DNA from: Herbinix sp. | GTDB taxonomy: Bacteria; Bacillota; Clostridia; Lachnospirales; Lachnospiraceae | Length of the DNA: 64,000 nt | NCBI GenBank assembly: GCA_029238935.1 | Contig: JAQZBN010000010.1 | Coordinates: 12,342 to 76,341 of the forward strand | Reading direction: 5' to 3' | Shown here: positions 19,790 to 28,311 of the stretch, one piece after another | Layout of the letters: every line of letters starts with the position of its first letter | Numbering within the stretch: the first letter of the stretch is position 1 | Notes under the pieces: model-generated | What the model saw: only the letters and a program-made list of their open reading frames with translations | Databases searched by the model: none | What the model was told of the DNA's origin: nothing | Translations under genes and position numbers: made by a program

Positions 19790-20011
19790 TTATGATTGAA
19801 TAAGAATTTGGTTTGCTTCCTCTTTACGTAAACTTAGTTCATATCCACGGACATTAATTTCAATGGGATCCCCCAACGGTGCAACCTTAATAACTTTCAC
19901 AACCGCTCCCGGTGTTACACCCATATCCATAATTCTTCTTCTGGCCGGCCCTTTCTCTCCAATCGAAATGACCGTTCCTTCCTGTCCAGGTTTTAACTCT
20001 TTTAAAGTCAT
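19790..20011 (-). CDS. feoA: Ferrous iron transport protein A
   Basis: RRIMDMG...APLGDPIEINVRGYELSLR. Confidence 0.93.
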   Translation of the reverse strand: MTLKELKPGQEGTVISIGEKGPARRRIMDMGVTPGAVVKVIKVAPLGDPIEINVRGYELSLRKEEANQILIQS

Positions 20012-20022
20012 TACTATTCCTC

Positions 20023-20235
20023 CTAATCAACCATTATCTTTGATGCTAACCCTTTATTAAGAGCGATTTTTACGCCTTTAATCATCAAAATTATTCCGCT
20101 TGCATTATCTCCGACTACTTCGACTTTTTCCCCTTTTATAAAACCAAGATTTAGCAAATGTTTCTTTATGTCTTCTTTTCCTTTGAACTCAGATATTGTC
20201 TTTGTTTCACCCAATGCAACCATTGTTAACGGCAT
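20023..20235 (-). CDS. feoA: Ferrous iron transport protein A (second copy)
   Basis: MPLTM...KHLLNLGF..G..V...IALNKGLASKIMV; start moved to ATG 20235 behind GAGGGGG. Confidence 0.88.
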   Translation of the reverse strand: MPLTMVALGETKTISEFKGKEDIKKHLLNLGFIKGEKVEVVGDNASGIILMIKGVKIALNKGLASKIMVD

Positions 20236-20258
20236 TCTTATTTCCCCCCTCTTATCAT

Positions 20259-20339
20259 TGAGAATGATTATCGTTTGCTTTTCTATATCATAATATTCCT
20301 CCAGTCGAAAGTCAATACATTTATTGATAATAATTATCA
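20259..20339 (-). promoter_or_regulatory. feo promoter flanked by two Fur boxes
   Basis: Perfect 7-1-7 TGATAAT-A-ATTATCA at 20325-20339 and near-perfect TGAGAAT-G-ATTATCG at 20259-20273. Promoter TTGACT (20315-20310), 17 bp, TATGAT (20292-20287). Confidence 0.88.
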
Positions 20340-20456
20340 TTTGCTTCAACAAAAAAGCAGATTAACTCTTAATTGAGATTTCTCTGCTTTTCATCTTGCA
20401 TTTTTATTATATTAAAACCTCTCATAGTGAAAAGGCTTGTAATTCAACTACATTAA

Positions 20457-20514
20457 AATAAAAACTGTTACAATGTTAATTAACTTCTTAATTAACATTG
20501 TAACAGTTTTTATT
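20457..20514 (-). terminator. Long perfect hairpin terminator after cax
   Basis: AATAAAAACTGTTACAATGTTAATTAA-CTTC-TTAATTAACATTGTAACAGTTTTTATT. Confidence 0.75.
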
Positions 20515-20525
20515 TTGCTTCCATA

Positions 20526-21572
20526 TTATCCAACGATGAAAAATCCTACTGCTGCGATTAAGTAGACGGATACTAACTTTAAACCTTCCATCCAGTTCGT
20601 TCTTCCAGACTTTACAATTTGATTTGCAATTAAGACGCTTGCTCCAAATAAAAATAATTCAATTGGCTTAAATACAATACTCATTGGTGTAAAGAACAGA
20701 CTGATTAAAACGGATACTGGAATTACAAATAGTGAGATTTGTAAGCTGGAGCCAACTGCGATTTCAATGGAAATATCCATTTTGTTCTTTAATGCCATAA
20801 TCACAGCTGTGCTATGTTCAGCAGCATTTCCGACGATTGGAATGAGGATGATACCTACAAACATCTCCGGGATACCGGCCGCCTTCGTCATAGGTTCAAT
20901 ATTACCAACTAAAATTTCCGATTCAATCGCAATAAATACGGTTGCAAGTGCTAATATAATAATACTTACAGGAAGACTCCACTTTGAATCAATATCTTCT
21001 GCATGTTCTACTCCGTATAAGTCCTTTTGTGTTTTAAAGGAATATATCATACCAATAACATAGATTGATAAAAGTATGATACTGACAATCGTACTAAGAT
21101 TTTCATACTTTGAGGAAATTAGTTCCTCACTGATATTAAGAGTAAATACTGCTGGAAGCGATAATCCAAAGACTGCAAATAATAACATGGTGGCTGTAAA
21201 GGTTCCTAACTGAGAATCATACTTTAATTCTTTATGCTTTAATCCTCCAAAGAAGATGCTGCATCCTAAAACTAATAGTATGTTACCAAGAACTGACCCT
21301 GCTAAGGAAGCCTTTACTACCTCAAATAATCCTGCACGAATTGCAAAAAAACTAATGATTAATTCTGTTGCATTTCCAAAAGTAGCATTTAGGAACCCTC
21401 CAAGTTTTGGTCCTGTATAAGCAGCAATTTCTTCCGTTGCACTGCCTAATAGTCCTGCCAAAGGTATTATGGATGCGCAGGTTAAAAAGAACATTAAGGT
21501 TGCATTCCATTCCAAATAATGACCGAGGATAGAGATTGGAACACATAGTAATAAAACTTTTAAATACTTCAT
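20526..21572 (-). CDS. cax: Ca2+/H+ exchanger (CAX family)
   Basis: LNATFGNATE and IVGNAAEH alpha-repeat motifs; many TM helices. Confidence 0.92.
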   Translation of the reverse strand: MKYLKVLLLCVPISILGHYLEWNATLMFFLTCASIIPLAGLLGSATEEIAAYTGPKLGGFLNATFGNATELIISFFAIRAGLFEVVKASLAGSVLGNILLVLGCSIFFGGLKHKELKYDSQLGTFTATMLLFAVFGLSLPAVFTLNISEELISSKYENLSTIVSIILLSIYVIGMIYSFKTQKDLYGVEHAEDIDSKWSLPVSIIILALATVFIAIESEILVGNIEPMTKAAGIPEMFVGIILIPIVGNAAEHSTAVIMALKNKMDISIEIAVGSSLQISLFVIPVSVLISLFFTPMSIVFKPIELFLFGASVLIANQIVKSGRTNWMEGLKLVSVYLIAAVGFFIVG

Positions 21573-21699
21573 ACATCTTGCCTCATTTTTTGTCATTTTA
21601 CCAGTTTCGTAATGTCTGTGCGTTCATGAAATCTGTCGATTTTTGAATGTACTTGGGTATTTTAAATCGTATTTCTAATAAAGTAAAGTTAATTTTTCG

Positions 21700-22041
21700 T
21701 TAATATATTGCACTCTCACCACGTTCTTTTGTTCTGATCCGGATACAATCCAATATTTCTGAGATAAAAATCTTACCATCCCCATGTTCTCCTGTTTCTG
21801 CAACCAATATAATAATATTTAATATTTCATCCAGTCGTTCGTCAGGAACTACAATTTTGATTTCTACCTTTGATAACGTATTCATGATAATGGTGTTACC
21901 TCTAACATATTCAGTAAAACCATATTGGTTCCCGCATCCGAAAACCTGATTTATTGTAATACCATTTACTTTAGCCTGCAGCAATGCGTCCTTTAATGGT
22001 TCTAATTTTTCAGGCCTAATAATTGCTTCAATTTTCTTCAT
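21700..22041 (-). CDS. glnK: P-II nitrogen regulatory protein (GlnK-type by linkage to amt)
   Basis: MKKIEAIIRPEKL...GCGNQ...YVRG...TGEHGDGKIF...IRIRT.ERG. Confidence 0.88.
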   Translation of the reverse strand: MKKIEAIIRPEKLEPLKDALLQAKVNGITINQVFGCGNQYGFTEYVRGNTIIMNTLSKVEIKIVVPDERLDEILNIIILVAETGEHGDGKIFISEILDCIRIRTKERGESAIY

Positions 22042-22075
22042 ACGATCTAATCGTCCTTTCTGTTAAATATTCGCC

Positions 22076-23325
22076 TTATGAATCAAATCCGGTAAATGAT
22101 GGGTATGCCATTTCACTATGTTCTGCAATATCCAGACCATGAGCCTCCTGTTCCTTCGTTACACGGATGGACATAAATTGCTTCATAACAACGATAATAA
22201 CAAAAGTTGCAATAGCGGCTAAAACGATTGTTATGATAATACTTAATACCTGTGCTACGAATAGCTCTGTTTGGCCAAATATAAGACCATCCCATCTTGC
22301 AGCTCCATTAATTGATTTCTGTGTAAAGATACCTGTTGCAATACCACCCCAGATACCGCCAATACCATGACAGCCAAATGCATCTAAAGCATCATCATAA
22401 CCAAATATTGCTTTTATTTTTGTCATAGTAATATAACAAATCGGACTTACCAATGCTCCAATAATAATAGATGCCCAAATCGGTACAAATCCTGCTCCTG
22501 GTGTAATAGCTACCAGACCAACGACTGCTCCAGTTGCTGCACCTAAAACAGTAGGTTTACCATGAAGTATTTTTTCAATCAGCATCCAGGATAATAATGC
22601 AGATGCAGCTGAGGTATTGGTTGTTAGGATTGCATGAATTGCCAGTCCATCCGCTGCCAGCGCACTTCCACCGTTGAACCCAAACCATCCAAACCAAAGA
22701 AGAGCAGCTCCCAGTATTACAAATGGGATATTATGTGGACGATAGGAAACCACACCATATTCTCTTCGTTTCCCCAATAAAATACAGGCTACCAATCCTG
22801 AGATCCCGGAACTGATATGTACTACATTTCCACCTGCGAAATCGATACTACCCAGTTCTCTGATAAATCCACCGTCTCCCCACACCATATGAGCAAGTGG
22901 ATAATATACAATGAAAGACCAGAGGATAACAAAGATAAACAATGCTGAAAATTTCATTCTACCTGCTAAAGATCCGCAAATCAACGCTGGTGTTATAATT
23001 GCAAACATCATTTGAAATGCAGCAAATAAATTCTCCGGTAAGGTAGTCGAATAAACTTCGTTCGGCTGTGATCTACTCCATTAAAAAATACATTACTTAA
23101 GCTACCGATCACACCACCATGATCTGTTCCAAAGGACAATGAATATCCTACAGCTACCCATAACACAGATCCTACACCACAGATGAAGAAGCAGGACATC
23201 AAAGTGTTAAGTGCATTCTTCCTTCTCTCCATTCCTGAATAAAATAATGCTAGCCCCGGTGTCATAAGAAATACAAAGGCTGTGCACATTATAATAAATG
23301 CGCTGTTTGCTAAACTAATTTCCAT
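22076..23325 (-). pseudogene. amtB: Ammonium transporter AmtB split by a single-base frameshift (or a sequencing error)
   Basis: The N-terminal part (MEISLANSAF...LMTPGLALFYSG...FNGVD) continues in another frame as QPNEVYSTTLPENLFAAFQMMFAIITPALI...DFAGG.VVH...GWFGFNGGS...DDALDAFGCHG. One base is missing near 23069. Confidence 0.85.
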
Positions 23326-23359
23326 ACGTATCCGACCCTTTCTATGATGTTTTTTGAAT

Positions 23360-23446
23360 AAAAAAAATGCGACCTCTGTATGGTGTAACCCATAAAGCAG
23401 ATCGCATTTGATAATGTGATTATACATCATAATTTTCCGTTGTCAA
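23360..23446 (-). promoter_or_regulatory. Sigma-A promoter immediately followed by a terminator hairpin in the amtB-glnK leader
   Basis: TTGACA (23446-23441), 16 bp, TATAAT (23424-23419), then AAATGCGATCTG...GGTCGCATTTTTTTT. Confidence 0.6.
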
Positions 23447-23473
23447 TTAATTTTAATAATATATATAAAAAAA

Positions 23474-25426
23474 TTACAAAGCATTTCGTTTACTAAGGAT
23501 CCATTTTGCACGGTCCAAGGGATCTACTCCCCTTCTTTTTGTGGTAGCTCCCAGCTCCAGAGGACAAGGTGAAAATCCTGCAAATCTACTACTAATCACA
23601 GCTCTTCCAGAAGTGAGCATAGCTAGTTTTATCGGGTATTCCAATGAGGTTGCAACGGGCAGATGCGCTTCCACCTGGAAGCTACTTCCTCGAATCACCG
23701 GTGCTTCAAACTCCCCACGCATTTGAACTAAATCTCCAATAATCTTCCCTAAAAACTCCTCCTGAGCATTGATTTTCATCGTAATCATCGGCTCTAACAA
23801 AGTAGTTCCTGTATTTACCAACCCATTCATAACTGCCATAGGGGTTGCAAGAAAAAAATCCATGGGATGAGTATGCATTATATGATGCTCTCCATAAATT
23901 AATGTTACCTTTAAATCCGTAACCTCCCAACCATATAACCCTTGTTTGAGCGTTTCAAAGACCGATGTTTTTACATGATTTTGGTACCTCAGAAAAATAT
24001 CATTGTTCGATACGGTAGAACTGTATTCAATCCCCGATCCCGGTTTTCCTGGCTCTATCAGTAGTTTTACGATAGCCCAACAGGGCTTTGGCATGGTATA
24101 TGCTTCAAAACCTTCTCCTATTTTTGTTGGAGTTTCCTTATAGATGACGGAGGGTGGAGAAAAGCTGACCGTTAGATTATAGCGTTCTTTCAGCAATGCG
24201 GATATAATTTCTAGTTGAATCGTACCTGTTATCTTAATTTGAATTTCTTTTTCTTCACTGATATATTCCATATCAAGTAGCGGATCCTCATCACAAAGTT
24301 CCCGTAAGGCAGACAATAAACCTGCTAGTTCCCCTTCATTTTCCGGTAAAACCTGAACTTTTAATAAAGGTACTGCCAGTTTATAATCGTTCCAAGTACC
24401 TCTAGTGCCGATTACATCACCGATTTGGATCGATGATAATCCACAAAGAGCGGCTACATCGCCAGCACCTACTTCTCCTATATCCGTATATTTTTCACCA
24501 AATACTCTTCTGATTTGAGTTACCTTCTGGCTCTTATCCAGAGAGGGAATATAGATACTGTCTCGATTTTTAATGGATCCGCCAAACATGCGAACGTGAG
24601 CAATTTTACCCATGGTTTTATCATGTTCTATTTTATAAACAATGGCGGAGAGTTCTTCCGTGTTGCTTCCTTGATGGCCTTCCGTGTAATCAGTTATAAA
24701 GTTCAGTAATTCTTCAATTCCCACCCCAAGAGAGGCACTGGCACAGAGTACTGGCATCAATTGTGCATTTTGGATGGCATTCTTTATCGCTTCTACCAAT
24801 TCATTATGTGTAAACGCTTGACCAGATAAATATTTCTCCAACAAATCTTGTTCTGATTCCGATATGGATAGCACAATATCTTCCAAAAACTGTTGATCCA
24901 AATAATCCTTGGTTTTCACTTCGCATTCTCTGGTTCCCTGATTGATTGGTTCCTGGAATTGAATGACATTCGCTTGATACTGGGTCTTTAGCTCCTGTAA
25001 GATATGCTCTACATCACTTCCTACTCTATCTATCTTATTAATGAATAAAATAGTCGGCGTTTTGGTCTGTCGCAGTGCTTCTAGTAAAAGCTCTGTCTGG
25101 GCTTGTATTCCTTCTACAGCCGATATTACAAGTATAGCACAATCCAAAATTGTAAGACTTCTCTCCACTTCACCAATAAAGTCCACATGACCAGGAGTAT
25201 CTATGATATTAATTTGTTTATCCCCTCTCAAAATGCGAACGGAAGATGATTTTACAGAAATTCCTCTTTCTCTTTCTATGGATAAATAATCAGTTTGTGC
25301 TGTACCCTCATCGACATTTCCTTTTTTACGTACTTCCCCAGAGCGGTATAGCAACTGTTCCGTTAATGTTGTCTTTCCCGCATCAACATGAGCGACTATG
25401 CCAAGATTTATTATTTTTGTATTCAT
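23474..25426 (-). CDS. TetM/TetO-like translational GTPase (ribosomal protection protein-like)
   Basis: AHVDAGKTT, RERGIS, DTPGHVDF and NKID motifs; about 650 aa with EF-G-like domains II-V. Confidence 0.85.
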   Translation of the reverse strand: MNTKIINLGIVAHVDAGKTTLTEQLLYRSGEVRKKGNVDEGTAQTDYLSIERERGISVKSSSVRILRGDKQINIIDTPGHVDFIGEVERSLTILDCAILVISAVEGIQAQTELLLEALRQTKTPTILFINKIDRVGSDVEHILQELKTQYQANVIQFQEPINQGTRECEVKTKDYLDQQFLEDIVLSISESEQDLLEKYLSGQAFTHNELVEAIKNAIQNAQLMPVLCASASLGVGIEELLNFITDYTEGHQGSNTEELSAIVYKIEHDKTMGKIAHVRMFGGSIKNRDSIYIPSLDKSQKVTQIRRVFGEKYTDIGEVGAGDVAALCGLSSIQIGDVIGTRGTWNDYKLAVPLLKVQVLPENEGELAGLLSALRELCDEDPLLDMEYISEEKEIQIKITGTIQLEIISALLKERYNLTVSFSPPSVIYKETPTKIGEGFEAYTMPKPCWAIVKLLIEPGKPGSGIEYSSTVSNNDIFLRYQNHVKTSVFETLKQGLYGWEVTDLKVTLIYGEHHIMHTHPMDFFLATPMAVMNGLVNTGTTLLEPMITMKINAQEEFLGKIIGDLVQMRGEFEAPVIRGSSFQVEAHLPVATSLEYPIKLAMLTSGRAVISSRFAGFSPCPLELGATTKRRGVDPLDRAKWILSKRNAL

Positions 25427-25913
25427 CGGGACCACCTTATGTAAATAATATGATACTTAAATTTATATTTATTGTTTTTCTTTACTGATGTTTCTCTGAA
25501 TTGATCTTCTCTTAACTGATGTTTCTTTTTGTAACGTATTTCTCGAATTATGTATGATTTATAAAAGTGTATATTGTAAACATTATATATTGCCAATTCC
25601 AAATTCTATGACCCTTTCATTATGTATCTAATTTCTGTATATTTCATTTTCTGAATTGTAATTTGAGTTGTGATTGAAGAATTTTTTTGTTTTTTATGAT
25701 TATGATTAGTTTCAAAGAACATGTTGACAAAGTAAACAATATGTGGTAACAAACAATGATTTAAATTTTTTCATTCATCTTAGGATAAAACTATTGTTAC
25801 TACAGGCTTGTATTACTACGAATAATATGCTTATATTTATATTATAACAATTGTACAACGATGTGTACGCACACATTCATCATCACATAAAGTGTTAGAA
25901 AGAAGGACTCTGT

Positions 25914-26693
25914 ATGATAACTAATCAAATGCATTCGAAGCAAATTCTCGTTACTGTACCTGCCGGAAAAAGACTAATCGCAAAGGCGGTTACTATACTT
26001 CCACAGATTAAACAATCACTAAAAGAAAACACTGTTGTTATTATTGCCGGAACAACCAATGGATTTGTTGGGGAAGAAATATTACAATCCATCGATCAGC
26101 TTGATGACTTTACAAAGGATAGTTTTTATCGTGGTGCTACCGTTGCTCCCGGCAGAAAATTAGAACCTGATAAAGATGGATACTTTAACAAGGATATCGT
26201 AATTGAAAAAGGTAAATGGATAAAGGATAAAACCATTTATGATGTTGGATCCACATTATCCCATGGGGACATTATTATCAAAGGAGCGAATGCAATAGCC
26301 CCAGATCGAAAAACTGCAGGTATACAAATCGGTAATCCATCCTTAGGTTCTAGCGGACCAATTATGCAGGCTGTAATAGGGAAACGAACCGAACTGATCC
26401 TACCGGTAGGCTTAGAAAAAAGGGTAATGTCCGATATAGGACAGATCGCTGCCAAACTAAACTCCCCTACGACGGAAGGTGTAAGAATGCTTCCGGTCAG
26501 TGGGACCATTGTAACAGAAATTGAAGCAATTGAGTTATTATCCGGTGCTGTAGCTGAACTGATTGCAGCCGGCGGGGTTTTAGGCGCCGAAGGAAGTAGC
26601 CTTCTATTGGTAACAGGCTCTGAGGAACAGCTAGAGACAATTTCCTCAATAATGAAAAATATCTCCAAAGAACCTTCCTTTGGTAAGCAATAG
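25914..26693 (+). CDS. Conserved hypothetical protein, possibly RpiA/CoA-transferase-like fold
   Basis: 259-aa ORF with AGAAGGA RBS; motifs IAGTTNG, IIIKGANA, PVGLEK and AAGGVLGAEG. Confidence 0.6.
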   Translation: MITNQMHSKQILVTVPAGKRLIAKAVTILPQIKQSLKENTVVIIAGTTNGFVGEEILQSIDQLDDFTKDSFYRGATVAPGRKLEPDKDGYFNKDIVIEKGKWIKDKTIYDVGSTLSHGDIIIKGANAIAPDRKTAGIQIGNPSLGSSGPIMQAVIGKRTELILPVGLEKRVMSDIGQIAAKLNSPTTEGVRMLPVSGTIVTEIEAIELLSGAVAELIAAGGVLGAEGSSLLLVTGSEEQLETISSIMKNISKEPSFGKQ

Positions 26694-26709
26694 CGTCTTT
26701 TCTACTATT

Positions 26710-27321
26710 CTAGCTTTCGTTTGACATCATCAAAACAACAGCACGAACCACTTCTTCCGTCATTGTATCATAGTTCATATAATCATGTTGATGATATACA
26801 ATCTCATGACAGAGATTTTCAATCATCCCCATGGCTATATGAACTTTTTCATTTGGATTTGACGGTGTAATTCCCACACCTTCCATCAACTCCACCACTT
26901 TCTTAGCAGTGTTCATCTCAAATTCACAGAAATATTCCCTAACTGCTTCATCTGAATGTGCCATCGCCATCATCTCCTCATGAGCTGATTTCGTAATATA
27001 ATGTGATTTGACAAACATTGCTATCAGTTGATGAATTAAATTCGTTAAATCAATCGGTGTATGAATTTCTTTCATCATTGCATACATCGGTTTCGTCAAA
27101 CCATCGGTATACTGTCGGATGGCATCTAAAAATATATCCTTTTTATCCGTAAAATAATTATATACTATACCGGTCGATACTCCGGCTTCCTTCGCTATTT
27201 CAGCGGTATTGGTATTATAATAGCCTTTCTCGCAGAATAATTTAAAACCAGCCTCGACGATTCTTCTCTTTTTTTCAATCGAACGTTTTTGTTTCGGTTC
27301 TCGTATTTCTGCATTTCCCAT
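26710..27321 (-). CDS. TetR/AcrR family transcriptional regulator
   Basis: N-terminal HTH GYYNTNTAEIAKEAGVSTGIVYNYFTDK; ATG 27321 behind GGAGG. Confidence 0.92.
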   Translation of the reverse strand: MGNAEIREPKQKRSIEKKRRIVEAGFKLFCEKGYYNTNTAEIAKEAGVSTGIVYNYFTDKKDIFLDAIRQYTDGLTKPMYAMMKEIHTPIDLTNLIHQLIAMFVKSHYITKSAHEEMMAMAHSDEAVREYFCEFEMNTAKKVVELMEGVGITPSNPNEKVHIAMGMIENLCHEIVYHQHDYMNYDTMTEEVVRAVVLMMSNES

Positions 27322-27512
27322 ATATATAACCTCCAAAATATATTAAGTTGATGACATGGCTGCAATAAGCATTCTTCTTAGCTTTTATTAATACATGGAA
27401 TAAACTGATTACATTCTATCTATTCAATAAAACATTGTAAATGGCTTAAAGTCTTATAACTCACAATAAATCTTTATTTATTATACAATAGTAACGAATA
27501 AAGTGCAAATCA

Positions 27513-27593
27513 AAACATGAAATTTATTTCATATTTACATTGACATCCAATTCATCCATATTTATACTATAAACATGAAATATATTTCATATT
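27513..27593 (+). promoter_or_regulatory. Sigma-A promoter bracketed by two palindromic TetR-type operators
   Basis: AAACATGAAAT(T/A)TATTTCATATT at 27513-27535 and 27571-27593. TTGACA (27540-27545), 17 bp, TATACT (27563-27568). Confidence 0.82.
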
Positions 27594-27606
27594 AGGGGGA
27601 CATATC

Positions 27607-28311
27607 ATGAGAACATTAATTGAATTTAAAGACGTAACAAAGGAATATGTGGTTGGAGAAAAGAGATTATTAGCGGTGGATCATATTAATTTTACGATTA
27701 ATGAAGGTGAGTTTGTTGTAATTCTAGGACCTAGTGGTGCCGGAAAATCCACGATTCTTAATCTTTTAGGAGGTATGGATTCTACTTCTTTTGGGGAGAT
27801 CATGATTAACGATATCAATATTGTTCACCATAATGATGTGAAACTTACAAGTTATCGTGCTGAGAACATCGGATTTGTATTTCAATTCTATAATTTAATT
27901 CCAACACTAACAGCTTTAGAAAATGTTGCTCTTACCAAAAGTCTAGTAAAAAATCCACTGGATGCAACGGAAGTATTAACAAGTGTTGGACTAGGTGATC
28001 ACTTACATAAGTTTCCTTCTCAGCTTTCCGGCGGTGAGCAGCAAAGAGTATCAATTGCCCGTGCCATTTGTAAAAATCCTACGATGCTGCTCTGTGATGA
28101 ACCAACCGGTGCTTTGGATAGTGAAACCGGAATCGTTATATTATCCCTGCTGCAGAAGTTAAGTCGAGAAAATCATAAAACGGTTATTATTGTGACTCAC
28201 AATGCGTCTTTGGCTCAGGCTGCTGATAAAGTAATACGGATCAAGAATGGTAAGGTCAAAGATATCACATCAAATGATGCCCCTCTTGCGGTAAGTGAGG
28301 TGAATTGGTAA
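27607..28311 (+). CDS. ABC transporter ATP-binding protein (LolD/MacB-like)
   Basis: GPSGAGKST, IGFVFQFYNL, LSGGEQQ, LLCDEPTGALD. Confidence 0.93.
   Translation: MRTLIEFKDVTKEYVVGEKRLLAVDHINFTINEGEFVVILGPSGAGKSTILNLLGGMDSTSFGEIMINDINIVHHNDVKLTSYRAENIGFVFQFYNLIPTLTALENVALTKSLVKNPLDATEVLTSVGLGDHLHKFPSQLSGGEQQRVSIARAICKNPTMLLCDEPTGALDSETGIVILSLLQKLSRENHKTVIIVTHNASLAQAADKVIRIKNGKVKDITSNDAPLAVSEVNW

Noticed and set aside
23474-25426. Calling this gene tetM/tetO or an acquired resistance element
   Set aside because: The key loop III sequence differs and there are no flanking conjugative-element genes, so only a family-level call is supportable.
25436-25913. Short direct repeats (ACTGATGTTTCT twice) in the GTPase/hypothetical intergenic region as an attenuator or sRNA
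   Set aside because: I could not identify a leader peptide, terminator or consistent structure; it is compatible with local slippage in AT-rich DNA.
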